The position numbers and the translations under genes were made by a program. From Neoechinorhynchus agilis (lineage: Eukaryota; Animalia; Acanthocephala): 64,000 bases of DNA. A model generated the notes under the pieces. The model made no database searches. It was not told the DNA's origin and saw only the letters and a list, made by a program, of their open reading frames with translations. Position 1 is the first letter of the stretch. The number at the start of each line of letters is the position of its first letter. Positions 23,090 through 34,611 of the stretch are shown here, in pieces. The stretch covers positions 3,941,761 to 4,005,760 of the forward strand of contig CM121341.1 in the NCBI GenBank assembly GCA_051530055.1. The letters run 5' to 3'.

Positions 23090-25030
23090 TCATCCGTGCA
23101 CCGTTTTCTGAACATTGCTGACATCATAGTCGTCATCATAGTCGTATTCATCACTACCTTCGTCGTCATAGTCGTATTCACCACTACGGTCATCGTCGTC
23201 ATAGTTGTATTCGGCACTACCATCATCGTCGTCATAGTTGTATTCGGCACTACCATCATCGTCGTCATAGTTGTATTCGGCACTACCATCATCGTCGTCG
23301 CCGTCGTATTCGACACTACCGTCATCGTCGTATTCATCAACACGGTCACCGTCGTCATCGCCGTATTCATCAAAACGGTCATTGTCGTCATCCTGTACTT
23401 CATTGTAATCTCCGCTATCATTGTCGCCGTCCTCATAGCCGTTTTCGCCCCCCTCAGTAGTTCTTTCCTCTGTGGTGTTAGTCTCCGCTGTGAATGTTAT
23501 TCCCTCGGAAGTAGTAGTCTCATCTGCGGTTGTTGTTTCAGTAGTGGTGGTCTCCTCTGTTGTTGTAATCACCTCCATAATTCTTTCCTCTGTTGTTGTT
23601 TCTTCTGTTTTTGTTATTTCCCCTGGGCTTGATATTTCCTCTGTTGTAGTAGCTTGCTCTGGGGTTGTTGTTGTTGCTTTTGTAGTGGTCTCCTCATTGG
23701 TGGTCTTTTCAGTGGATGTTTCTTCTGCTGTGGTAGCATCCTTTGTTGTTGTTTCTTCTGTTGTGGTAGCATCTTTTGTTGTTGTTTCTTCTGTAGTGCG
23801 GGTCTCCTCAGTAGATGTTCGCTCTGTTGTGGTAGTCGCTTCCGTAGTTGTTTCCTCTGTTGTGGTATCCTGTGTTTTTGCTATTTCCTCTGTTGTGGTA
23901 GTCTCCTCTGTGGTTGTTTTCTCGGTAGTGGCGGTCTCCTCAGTAGATGTTTCCTCTGTTGTGGTAGTCGCTTCCGTAGTTGTTTCCTCTGTTGTGGTAT
24001 CCTGTGTTTTTGCTATTTCCTCTTGGTTTGCTATTTCCTCTGTTGTGGTAGCTTCGCCTGTGGCTGATTCTTCTGTAGTGCTGGTCTTCTCATTGGTGGG
24101 CTCCTCAGTTGGTGTTTCCTCTGAGTTTGCTATTTCCTCCGCTGTGGTAGCTTCCCCTGTGGTTGTTGTTGCTTCTGTAGTGGTCTCCCCATTGGTGGTC
24201 TCTTCAGTGGATGTTTTCTCTGATGTGCTAGTCTCCTCCGTAGTTGTTTCATCTGCTGTTGTTTCCTCTGTATTTTCTATTTCCTCTGAGTTTGCTATTT
24301 CCTCTGTGGTTGTTGCTTCTGTAGTGGTCTCCCCATTGGTGGTCTCTTCAGTGGATGTTTCCTCTGATGTGCTAGTCGCCTTCGTAGTTGTTTCCTCCGT
24401 TGTTGTTTCCTCTGTATTTTCTATTTCCTCTGGGTTTGCTATTTCCTCTGTTGTGGCAGCATCCTCTGAAGTTGTTGTTGCTTCTGTAGTGGTCTCCTCA
24501 TTGTTGGTCTCTTCAGTGGATGTTTCCTCTGATGTGCTAGTCGCCTCCGTAGTTGCTTCCTCTGTTGTTGTATCCTGTGTTGTTGTTTCTTCTGTTGCTG
24601 TTTCCTGTGTTGTTGTTTCCTCTGTGGTTGTTTCCTCTGTTGTTGTTTCCTCTGCTGTGCTAGTCGCCTCCGTAGTTGTTTCCTCCGTTGTGGTATCCAG
24701 TGTTTTTGCCATTTCCTCTGAGTTCGCCATTTGCTCTGTTTTGGTAGTCTCCTCTGTGATTGTTTCCTCTGTGATTGTTGTTTCCTCCGTAGTCGTTGGT
24801 TGGGCTGTTGTAGATTTTCTGCTATTTGGCTGACAAAATGTTAAAATATATTGATTGCAATAAAGGTCGGAATTATAGTCATCTTGTTTTCCGGTGTTGT
24901 GAGGCTCAAATTTTACTGAAAAGTTTTTCGGAATGCGTGTGTTGATGTAATCACTTTGTGAAGGTAATCCTGCAACGAGGTGAATCATGGTAGCAATTAG
25001 GGCAATTGTTATTAGTCGAATGATCTCCAT
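23090..25030 (-). CDS. secreted Thr/Glu-rich mucin-like protein with Asp/Tyr-rich tail, copy A (646 aa, intronless)
   Basis: Signal peptide MEIIRLITIALIATMIHLVAG, short Cys-pair domain, long TTEET repeats, GSAEYNYDDDD repeats; AATAAA on the minus strand at 22961-22966. Confidence 0.85.
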   Translation of the reverse strand: MEIIRLITIALIATMIHLVAGLPSQSDYINTRIPKNFSVKFEPHNTGKQDDYNSDLYCNQYILTFCQPNSRKSTTAQPTTTEETTITEETITEETTKTEQMANSEEMAKTLDTTTEETTTEATSTAEETTTEETTTEETTTQETATEETTTQDTTTEEATTEATSTSEETSTEETNNEETTTEATTTSEDAATTEEIANPEEIENTEETTTEETTTKATSTSEETSTEETTNGETTTEATTTEEIANSEEIENTEETTADETTTEETSTSEKTSTEETTNGETTTEATTTTGEATTAEEIANSEETPTEEPTNEKTSTTEESATGEATTTEEIANQEEIAKTQDTTTEETTTEATTTTEETSTEETATTEKTTTEETTTTEEIAKTQDTTTEETTTEATTTTERTSTEETRTTEETTTKDATTTEETTTKDATTAEETSTEKTTNEETTTKATTTTPEQATTTEEISSPGEITKTEETTTEERIMEVITTTEETTTTETTTADETTTSEGITFTAETNTTEERTTEGGENGYEDGDNDSGDYNEVQDDDNDRFDEYGDDDGDRVDEYDDDGSVEYDGDDDDGSAEYNYDDDDGSAEYNYDDDDGSAEYNYDDDDRSGEYDYDDEGSDEYDYDDDYDVSNVQKTVHG

Positions 25031-25559
25031 CGTTTTTGCGGTGATTCGTGTTCAATGCATTCCATAGAGACTTTCGTGAGATTTTATCTTTTCTGTGTGT
25101 GTCACAAACTCCGCTTCATATGTTGATCGTTGTTGTCGCATTGATCGAAAGGGAGATATACTCAGTTTACTTTATTGCGTCTAGGTTTGTTTTTATTGAC
25201 AAACATTTGTGTTTGTTTATTATACTAGTACAAACACTTGACGATTATATTTTTGTTTTCCATAGCTTTTAATATTTATGTGTTTTTGTTCTCCCAACGT
25301 AATTTTATGAGTAATGTTGAGGTCCGGTAGATTTTTTAGCGAAAATTTCTCAAGTAACACACTCTCAATTCTAAATCTTGACAAGCGGCCCGCCATTCAT
25401 CATTTATCCATCCTCTTCAAGGTTCCTTTAGTTTCTCTGGTTTTGTTTGTTCGAATTCTTTACTACGCGTAGGGATTCCCACAGTCAAAAGCCCAAATAT
25501 TGCTTAGTTTCACCTATTGACAAGAACTAAATTTTATTAGGATTGGAAATGTCGATATG

Positions 25560-27460
25560 TGAGGTAACAGTGAATGGGATTATAATTATTTTTTAGGTCT
25601 ACACCCGGTCAATGACTGTTTATTAAAGACGTTTCGAACCCCGTCGGGTTCATCATCAGTTCCAAAATACAAGTGGATAAGTAATTATTTCTCTCTCACA
25701 CGCGCTTATGGTTGATTGTGTTTTTCCATTTTTTAGCTGTGCAGACCGAGCTTGTATCCTCGTCGGTCATTCATGTCTCTGTTTTTTGATTAAGATGGCG
25801 TCCTTAATTAAGCGTTGAAAGTTATTGCGATAACTTGCTAAAACCTTCGTTTGGTCATAGTTGACCACGTGGCTATTTTGCACCTCGTGTAGTGCAATAT
25901 TCAACGCTACCACCTTCTTAATCTTGGACCGTTTATATTCTGCCGATCTCGTTTTCAGATTCCGGCCTGTTTGTCCGATGTAATTGCTGTTGCATTGGCT
26001 ACAAGCAACTTTGTGGACAACAGCTCTCTTTTCCACCTCCTGGTATTTCCGGGAAATAGGGTTCCCTATCAGCACTGAAGGTTGAAAATAAAATTGGCAT
26101 TTTATCGGCAGACCGCTGTTCTTCACAATCCTTGAAATTTTGTTGCGCGAACGGTTGGTTTGTGGGCCTGTGTCTGGCACTCCAATGCGCGGGTCCATTT
26201 GATTCGGGCCCTTGGATGTTTCTTTTGACTGGGTATTCCTCGCACGGTCCACTTGCTCTCGCGCTGAACTAAGAACATCTTTGGGATTCCCCAACGTGCT
26301 CAAAATTCGTCTCAGCTGTTGGATTTCATCACTGAGGCACTCCTCACTGCAGATGTTGTAGGCACGATGTAGAAAGCCTTTGAATATACCAACTTTTGTG
26401 CTCCTGTTATGGGCACTGCTCTACAGTATATAATTATTTGTTTCAGTTGGCTTTCTATAGACCGATGTAGTAATATGTGTTCCATTTTTTTGAATCAACT
26501 CATCTAGAAACGGAAACCTTCCATTTTCATCGGACCTATTCATAGTGAATTTTATTCGATTATGATGGCGGCTGAGATGTTCCACGTCCCCGGGCCAAAT
26601 CACGAATATATTATCTACATATCTTTTGTGGAAGACTGGTTTGATCGCATACGTTTCCATTTCGTTTTTTCCAGGTGATCCATGAAAAGATTGGCCAGAA
26701 CTAGAGCAATAGGTGAGCCCATGGCCCTACTTTTGAACATAATACTTTCCATCAAACTCGAAACTTGCCCCGCAAGCCAACTCAAGCAGATTCTTTAGGT
26801 GTGTTTTGGGATCGATTCCCCGAAGAACCGGTAGGTGTGTGGTCGCCGCATTTATGGCATCCTCGACGCAGACATTGGTATAATGGAGGGATACCACATC
26901 CATTGTGAAAATTGTACATTTTTCCGGAGTGTTGGTCTCCCTCAGTTTCTCGACGAAATCTCTCGAATTCTTCACATTGGCAGCTACTTGTGATGTTACC
27001 TCTGTCAAGCACATAACCAGGAACTTTCCCAAATTGTAACTGAAACTGGCATTCATTGATACGATTGGTCTCAGGGCACATTCTTTATTCGCTTTCTTAT
27101 GGCAGACCATACAACATCGGAATAGGAATGTAGCACCTCGTTCACATATCTCCGCATGTACGGCCTACATTTTCGGATTATAATCCCCTTTTTCCAGAGC
27201 TATCATTAAATTTCCCTTGTCCGATCATAGGAAAGCAAACTGATTACCTGCGACGTCTCCAAAATTTCCTAAAAAGTCGAGATTCGTCGCTAAGTTCAAT
27301 GGCGCCCTTTTGTCCTATCTCTTCTTTGTGAGAACATAGTGAACAATACAATCTAACATAAGCGCGTGTTGGAGCAGAATAACTATTTCAAAACTTACTT
27401 TTTAGAGCTGATGATGTACAAGACGAGGCTCCTCGACTTTTAAGAAGATGATATTCATCA
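25560..27460 (-). mobile_element. Penelope-like family 2 element (RT plus GIY-YIG, disrupted) with sense 3' and inverted 5' terminal repeats
   Basis: LRPIVS, MDVVSLHYTNV, KRYVDNIF, FPFLD, VYRKPT, HRAYNIC, VACSQCNSNYIGQTGRNLKTR. The repeat ACAATC..CATAAGCGCGTGT...CTGATGATG occurs on the minus strand at 25620-25720 and inverted at 27350-27450. Confidence 0.88.
25621..25669 (-). ncRNA. minimal type I hammerhead ribozyme motif in a PLE terminal repeat
   Basis: The minus strand reads GAA-CTGATGA-T-GAACCC GACG GGGTTC-GAAACGTC-TTT: intact core, 6-bp helix II, palindromic ACGT helix III and a short helix I. It lies in sense orientation ~100 nt downstream of the PLE family 2 GIY-YIG ORF. Confidence 0.8.
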
Positions 27461-27599
27461 AATTAAAAAATATTTGAGTTGAAAATGGCCCACACGACTG
27501 ATCAAATAAATAATTTTTGAATTCATCAGACGCGCATCATTCAGCTTTTCATTACTAATTACCTAGTTATAAATAATCATTGATTCCAAACATCCCAAT

Positions 27600-28893
27600 G
27601 ACGGCGGGTCGCCTGGTATTTCACCTGCCCAAAAGCGATTGCTGAAAGCTGCTTGTTCCTTGCAGTTTCTGGAGTCAGTGAAGCGGCGAAAATATGGCAC
27701 CATCGGAACAATCACCGCTGGATTTTTAACCAAGGTTGGAAAATCACGCAAGGTCAAAGGATCCCAAAGCAGCCAACTATTTTTATAAGATATTCCTATG
27801 TTCTCATCCGGACCTCGAAATTAGTAATCTTCTAGGATGCTGCATTATTGGTTCTAATGTTGAAGCTGAGATTGTAGATTTTTAGTCGCAACTTTCGGTG
27901 CTGCGCGAACGAGTTGATGAATTGCCTTCACTTGAGGTTCTTTTCCTGATCACGAACACATTCTTTATTCCAAAAATACTGTATAAGCTTTGCACAGCAT
28001 ATTTTTTTAGACACAAGAATAAGCTGGTAAAATTAGACGAGACGGTGAAAGCCTCTTTCGACAAAATTTTAAATACTCAGCTGCCGGACGAGGCGTGGAG
28101 TGTCGTGTGGCGGTTTGGGTATCCAAAAAGTAGCCGATATTTCTCTGTCAGCTTACTTGGCACAGTATGAAGCAAGCCGCAAAATAGTTAAGCCTTTTCT
28201 TGGCGAGAATTACACTTTGGATGACGATATCGTGCAGGCGTTTAATCTCTGGTGTAGGGATTCAAGCAGCCAGCAGATACCCGTCAATGCTTGCATACAA
28301 CCAGTTTGGGATTCGTTTGCGGGGTAGCGAGAATTCATAACTCTTTAATTTCAGATTCTCGTGACCTGGTGAACTGAACACGATTGGCGGCAGTCTCTTG
28401 AAGAGAATCCGGTGCTTGGCTCAACGCTATCTCAATCGCTTTTGTGGGTATCCTGCTTTCCAACGAGTATCCCATCGCTGCCGTTGTGGAGCGACCGTGG
28501 AACATCAGGCGGAAAATACTCACGACATGCCGAAATGAACGCAATTCTTAGTCGTGCTGAATACTGTGAATACGCTTAACATCCTAGAGCCGAGCAATCT
28601 TTGCCAACTCGATGGCCAGCAAAATAAAGTTGGCCGCTGTTAAGAAAAGGGGGGCAATAGCTGCTGCTGAGCACCGCAGAAAGACCAAATACAAGGACTT
28701 TGTTGAGAATCATCATTTCTTTGGTGTCGAGGCACTCGGGTCGTTTTGTACCGCGGCGCAGGATCTGCTAAAGACGAATCACTATCCATCCGAGATCGGG
28801 AGCATTCCTCCTGTAAAAAATAAGTCTAACTCCGCAACGGAAGGGAAATGCAGCATCCGTCTTTTCGACCGTTACACCATGACGGCAGCTTAG
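27600..28893 (+). mobile_element. heavily decayed CRE-like retrotransposon (second lineage)
   Basis: LFLITNTFFIPKILYKL, GGLGI, RHAEMNAIL..LEPSNLCQLDG, RKTKYKD..FFGVEALG. Confidence 0.75.
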
Positions 28894-30249
28894 TGATCCT
28901 GAGCGGAGGTGTGAATATTCGTAGAATCCTGTTAAGGTGGATTAAATTAAATGCGAATATTTCATGGATCATATACGCAATCTAAATAAGTGAGCCAGAG
29001 CGCCGAAGATTATTTTCGCTGCAAATTTCTTTATTCCATTTAAAATCTTTTAATCTATACCGAGTACGTAAACATGAGACTCATTAAAGGAATTATGTTA
29101 TTTTGATGCATAATTTCCCAAACATTTGCGATGGAATTACATTTCCTAACATATCTGCCCCTTAATAAAACTGATTTTGTGGAAAAATAATGGATCGATT
29201 ATAAGAATAATCACATTATTTAATTACGTCACAGTAACTTAAGACATTATTCTGTGTATTTCGATTGCACTTACTTCAACTGTTAGGAATGTCATTTGTT
29301 TTCCAATTTTAAAGGGAGCGAGTTCAGCAAAATGCTTGCTTTTTCTTCATTGATCTCGTCCTCGCCCTGTGCTCCCCAATTGCAATGCCGATTCGACCCT
29401 TTTAATAGGAAACTGTGTGATTTCTTCTTTTGCTAAAAACTGTAACATTAAAAACGACAATTTGGTCAATAATCTGTTTTCTATCATTCTCTGGTCGCAA
29501 TTTGCATTCCCTCGGGCAATATTCGGGAGCATCCAATTGCTCTTGAATAATATCACTCAGTCGTTTTTAATGTTCAATACTTTCTACATTCTTAATGAAC
29601 ACGATTCTCGAAATAGAAGCATCAATAATGGGTTCTTTAGTGTTCTTCAAGGATCTTTTGACTATACAAACCTAAAAACACATTGTTTTTTGTCTACTGA
29701 CAAGCCGGTTACAATAATTAGGTGTTTAAACCATCCCTTACTCTCGGCTTATTTTTCCTTTAGGTATACAGCCAACCGATATCTCAGATCTGAGTTTCTA
29801 CATTTCGAAGTTTTGTCGAGGTGATTGAGTGGACTTGAGCCAAAATCTAATATCGCCGATTATTGATAACGAAATGGGGCGAAATATCGCTGAAAAAAAC
29901 TCACTGATGAGTCCCACCTTCTCGCTAAGTATCTGAGGATCCGAAGGGATGCGTACAAACTCATTTCCGTATGGTTCAATCTAATTGATTCAATAACTTC
30001 CTTGATGCAAGATATCGGTTGGCTGCGTGCCTAAAGAAAATGTAGGCCGAGTAAGGGATAATCTTGCACTTAATTAATATAATCTGTATAAATAGTCCCT
30101 GTTTATCGTAAAAATCGATTCTATATTCATCTCGTCCGTCATCATATAGTTCTTGATACCGTTGGTATTGTATATCGGCAATTATTTGGTCTTCTAAAAA
30201 CCTTGTAAAATACTATTTGATTTTCTAGCTGCGTGATTACTCACGTTTT

Positions 30250-30800
30250 GTTTTCGAAAATAAACACTTGGTAGAGGGCCGTTGTTATGATAAATTAAAT
30301 CTTTATTTTCGATCTTCTGCCATCTTCTTCAGGAATCTAAAAAAGCGCGTGGAGATGTGAAGTAAGTGTTAAAGTAACAACATTGAAGTGTGTGGAAAGT
30401 CGGCCACAAACCTAACTCGCGCAGAGTGTTTTTTCTTCTCCGTCGCTGTGGCACTCTGAGTGGGGTTTCGCGCATGGGGTAGGCATGATTTTGCGTTTGG
30501 ATTAAGGGCGTTGCGAACGTGCCACTGAGTTTTGCAAATGTAGATGACCCCGCGATTGTGATTGGTGAAACATCGTTCGCAGATCATCTCTAAGACCATG
30601 TTGCACCGAGCGCAAATCAACTCTTGTCTTCCATTTTTATCCACGGACTTACCTGGTCCATGCGTACACTTCAAGAACAATGCTGGACATTATTCCGGCG
30701 GGACATGAGCATTAGTTTGCACTTTTCATCGGCTCATATTTCCCCGAACAGTTAAATCCGAACAAATCTTTCGACTTATTCTCACAATTCGGTTCCGAAC
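30250..30800 (-). mobile_element. diverged Penelope-like GIY-YIG fragment with terminal-repeat relic
   Basis: CARCNMVLEMICERC...VIYICKT..HVRNALNPNAKS resembles the family 1 GIY-YIG region; hammerhead-like CTGAAGAAGAT..ATCGAAA at 30304-30332. Confidence 0.65.
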
Positions 30801-30849
30801 CCAAAAATCGAACTATTCTCCATCGGTCCGATACCGCATCGAACCAATT

Positions 30850-32840
30850 CTATATCTCTGGTCTTTTACCAGTAACGGCCGACCATTAGTGTTAGAATTG
30901 GTTGTTGGGATCGCGCCCCGACCCCTCGATTGCAATGGGCTCTTTGTTAAATCTAATAGAATCTGCGATGAAGGCCTCCTTTCCACGCAAAACAATACGA
31001 ATTTCGAATCGCGACACTCCATGGTTCTCGCCTTTTCTAAAAACCCTTCAAATGCAGGTCACCAAAGCTTTCCGGTCAGGCAATCCCGCTTACCCCTCCC
31101 TCCACTCCACACTGACGAAACGCATCCGTATAGCCCGCAAAGTATTCCTCTCATCCCGTCTCGTCCATTCCCAATCGAAACTGGTGACGTGAAATAAAAA
31201 ATGTCACTGGTCTTGGTAGATCCACCCCTCCGCATCTCTCCCCAAATCTGATCTCCTCTCAATCCATAACTCCATGAATAAAAACCTCTGTCCTCCCTAA
31301 ACCTCCCATCCATTGTCCCAACCTCCCTCCCCACCTTTTGACCCGCCCATTCATACATGTCCTTCCTTAGTTTCCCCTCTCGAAATCCTAGAGATCCTTA
31401 AACGCTTGCCCCGCCATTCTTCCCCTAATTCGACTATCCCAAATTGGGCCATTCGTCTCATCATCCCGGAACTTATCGATCCTCTAACGATCCTAACGAA
31501 CCTTAGCTTTCTACTGGATTCCTTCCCATCGTGTCATTAGGAAGCCCGTGTCGTCCCGCTACCCAAAAACGATAAGCCGATTTCCCCCACATCCTTTGGT
31601 CCTATCTCTATCCTCTCACCTTTCTCTAAAATCCTAGAAAAATGTTTTAAAACCCGTCTACTTCCCTTCTTCCTCAAAAACATCTCCCCTTCCCAATTCG
31701 CTTTCCGTCCCAATTGCTCTTGTCCTGATGCCCTCCTCTGCAGTGCAGCATCAACCGTTTGTCTCGTGCAACTGGATATTTCCAGGGCGTTTGAGTCGGT
31801 AGATCACTCCATTCTCCTCCAATCATGTGCTTTCTTTGGCCTCCCAACTTGGCAACTCGCTTGGATTTCCTTTTTCCTATCCAACCGCGAACAATATATC
31901 CAATGTGGAACTTCTTGCTTCTCTGCTCATATTTAAAGGGGTCCCCCAAGGCGCCGTACTTTCTTGTCTCCTCTTTGACATTTTTCTAAATGACCTTCAT
32001 CCCCTCGCTCCCTCTACCAAATGTTTTCTCTATGCAGATGACCTCACAGTCATTACCATCGCATCTCCCTCTCTCTCTCCCTCTCCACAACCATGGACGA
32101 GCTCAACCATCTCATTTCCTCGCTCTCAACCCTAAAACTCTCCCTAAATTTATCCAAATCTTTTGAGCTTGTCCCCCACATTTCCAAACGCAATCTTATC
32201 CCCGAGCCTCTTCCTCTCCCCATTCAACGCTAAGAAAACCTTAAATGGGATGCCCACATTTAATTTACACTCTCTAAAGTAAACCCTCGTCGTTACCTCC
32301 TCAAACTCCTCCGGCGTCTCGGCGTATCCCCTAAACACCTTGCCCACTTTTATCCTTCTGCCATCCTTCATATCCTTACATACGCTTTCCCCACTTTCCT
32401 CTCCCTCTCCGTCAATGCTCTCCATTCCCTGGAGACCTTCCACAAGAGAGCAGCGAGAATATGCGGGACTTCACTCCATCCCCTCGACACCCACATCCAC
32501 TCCATTTTCTCCATCTTCAGCCCCCTCCACAGTTTTCTTCTTTCATCTCTAAATACTCTTCCTTCGTAAACACCCGTAACCCCAATCTTTTTCATCCCCC
32601 CTCGCTCGTACCACCCTCTACCAAAAATCTTTTTTCCCCCAAGCCCAATCTTTCCTTAATAACCGGAGAACAAGGAAAGACTCCTAATCGGCCATCTCCT
32701 TTACAAAGCCTCCGATCGCACATCAACACCCCTTCAAAAACAAGTCCCACCTCTCTTGCCTTCAACATCCGTCATCCAGACACCGTTCAGCAAAGATAGA
32801 TGCTGACAAGTGTGTGGATCCTGCATTTTTTACATAAATA
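30850..32840 (+). mobile_element. CR1/L2/Jockey-type non-LTR retrotransposon relic
   Basis: RDTPWFS, ARVVPLPK..PISPTSFGPISILSPFSKILEK, LDISRAFESVDH, GVPQGAVLSCLLFDIFLNDL, LYADD; many frameshifts. Confidence 0.85.
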
Positions 32841-33101
32841 AAACGTGCTTATATAATCATCACTAGAAGGATTTGGAGGCAGATCGGTAAACCAAAATTG
32901 AAGGGAGCACAAATAATCAGAGGATTTAGAGGAACGAAGATCGATAGTTTAAGATCCTGATCGCTTGGGTGGAGCGACCGATATTCGGTTTACTGAGCCA
33001 AAACACGCGATCTTGGAGACGGTTTCAAGACACGTAATGAAAAATTGCGATCTTTATTTGGTGACTTATTGAACTTGAATTAACAATAAAACGAGTTGAA
33101 G

Positions 33102-33395
33102 ATGGTTCATGTAAAAACAGCAGAAAGTGGGAAACTGCGTAAACGTGCAGTAAGTCGATATCCGAGAGCTGGATTGAAATTTCCGTTGAAAGTTAAAAGA
33201 ATTTCACCTAGGTATCTTCTGTTGGCGATCCGTGGTGATGAAGAATTAGACGTTTTGATCAGAGCGACCATTACAGGTGGTGAGGTGATTTCCCACGTTC
33301 ACAAAGCATTGCTTGACAAAAATGATCAGGATATTAAGATGGAAAAGAGAGAACATGAGCCGGAAGTAGAGGAAGCTCGCGATGAAGAACCTTGA
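33102..33395 (+). pseudogene. H2A.Z: intronless histone H2A.Z-like copy with an in-frame deletion of about 47 codons of the histone fold and an acidic tail
   Basis: [13 protein letters not shown] is fused directly to [32 protein letters not shown]; both are H2A.Z-diagnostic segments. Junction at 33185/33186. Confidence 0.8.
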
Positions 33396-33878
33396 TCGGA
33401 ATAACGAGGAGGAAGGCGATCTTGACCGCCAAATGATCGTGGAAACATTGAGAAACGAATAGGCGGTATCGAAACCGATCGACTTTTTACCTAAAAACAT
33501 CGCCATCATCGGGTAAAAACAAATAAACAAACAATGGCAAAATATTTACAGGGATAATATTTGCTCCTACACTACCAATAAAGTTAAAAGGATAAAAGAT
33601 CTTTAACGCCCCTTTTCCTCCTTCTTACAGCGATCAGTATCAGATACTAAATTCCGCAACGAAAAAAGATCCTGGTTGGAAATCTTTGCAGCTTAAGAAA
33701 TGAATGCGACTGCAGCGCAGATGAAACGGAGACGATAAACTTTATTATTCCCTGACTTTTTCCCAATAATAACGCTCTTTGTATAGTTTCAGATTAAGCC
33801 ATAAGATCATTCACACCACCGCTAGATTAGTGTTCGTTAATAAACGACGGTTTTATTTCAAAAGGCAAAAATAATGTT

Positions 33879-34048
33879 GGAATTATTGTTTTGAGGTCTA
33901 CATCTGCGGTAAATGATTATTTCGATTAAAGACGTTCTGCGAACGTCACCGTAATCTCATCATCAGTTTGTTCCGGATGAGGTTCGCAGAACGTCTTTTT
34001 AATGAATAATCATTTACCGCGATTATATACTTAAAAACAATAATTCTC
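33879..34048. repeat. palindromic hammerhead-family mini-element
   Basis: Inverted arms GGAATTATTG...GGTAAATGATTATT..TTAAAGACGTTCTGCGAAC / GTTCGCAGAACGTCTTT..AATAATCATTTACC...CAATAATTC; TCATCAG (minus-strand CTGATGA) at about 33960. Confidence 0.8.
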
Positions 34049-34611
34049 TAATCACATTACCCTCCCCTATATATCACATATCGACAAAAATAATGTTGAT
34101 ATTTATTGATTTTACTAAGCTGCACCAAGGTTTTAAATAAGCACGCCCAATAGTTCATTATAAGCTAAAAATGACAATCTATTATCACCGGTGAAGAACT
34201 CGGCAAAAATCAGTTTCTAAGTGGTATGAAATACAATTGGAAGAGTGCACTGGAAATGACAACGAATATTGTTGTCTTTGATCAGTTTTCAAGTAGCGTG
34301 TTCTTCAGAATATTTCACTTTAAGAACGTCCTATTAATGGCCAATACGTAAATCTGTCTAGTAAATGAATATCAATAATACTAATACAAAACTACATTGG
34401 GCGACGTCGTTGCCCACTCGGATTCGTCAGGTCTTCGTTTATATGCTCTCGAACGGAACAGCAATTTGTTTCATAAGAAAAAGTTCCTCAGGCTAAACGC
34501 TCCGTGTCCTTCATGCACCGAACAGTTCCGATATCCCGCGCAGCAATCTTCAGTAGAACATTATGGTTCTTGTTTTTGCTGTTTCCAACTATCTTCTATA
34601 GCCGACTTCGT

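Noticed and set aside
23472-24833. 453-aa plus-strand Val/Ser-rich ORF (also 41383-42457 and 51259-52593, plus Cys-rich and Met/Thr-rich alternative frames)
   Set aside because: Antisense or off-frame shadow of the TTEET repeat; the minus-strand frame has the signal peptide and the poly(A) signal.
25048-25272. Hydrophobic ORF MFNAFHRDF... conserved in three copies
   Set aside because: GTG start, lies antisense in the upstream region of the mucin gene; its conservation is explained by recent duplication.
29380-29670. Minus-strand exon-like frame (VCIVKRSLKNTKEP...DAPEYCPRECKLRPEND)
   Set aside because: Contains an in-frame stop and no recognisable homology; insufficient support.
29903-29975. 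CTGATGAGTCCC...GGGAT hammerhead-like start
   Set aside because: No GAAA after the putative helix II and no cleavage triplet or helix I.
32865-32955. Short peptide similar to the Gypsy protease region at 19.8 kb (IWRQIGKPKLK)
   Set aside because: About 30 codons only; a probable tiny LTR-element scrap with no further interest.
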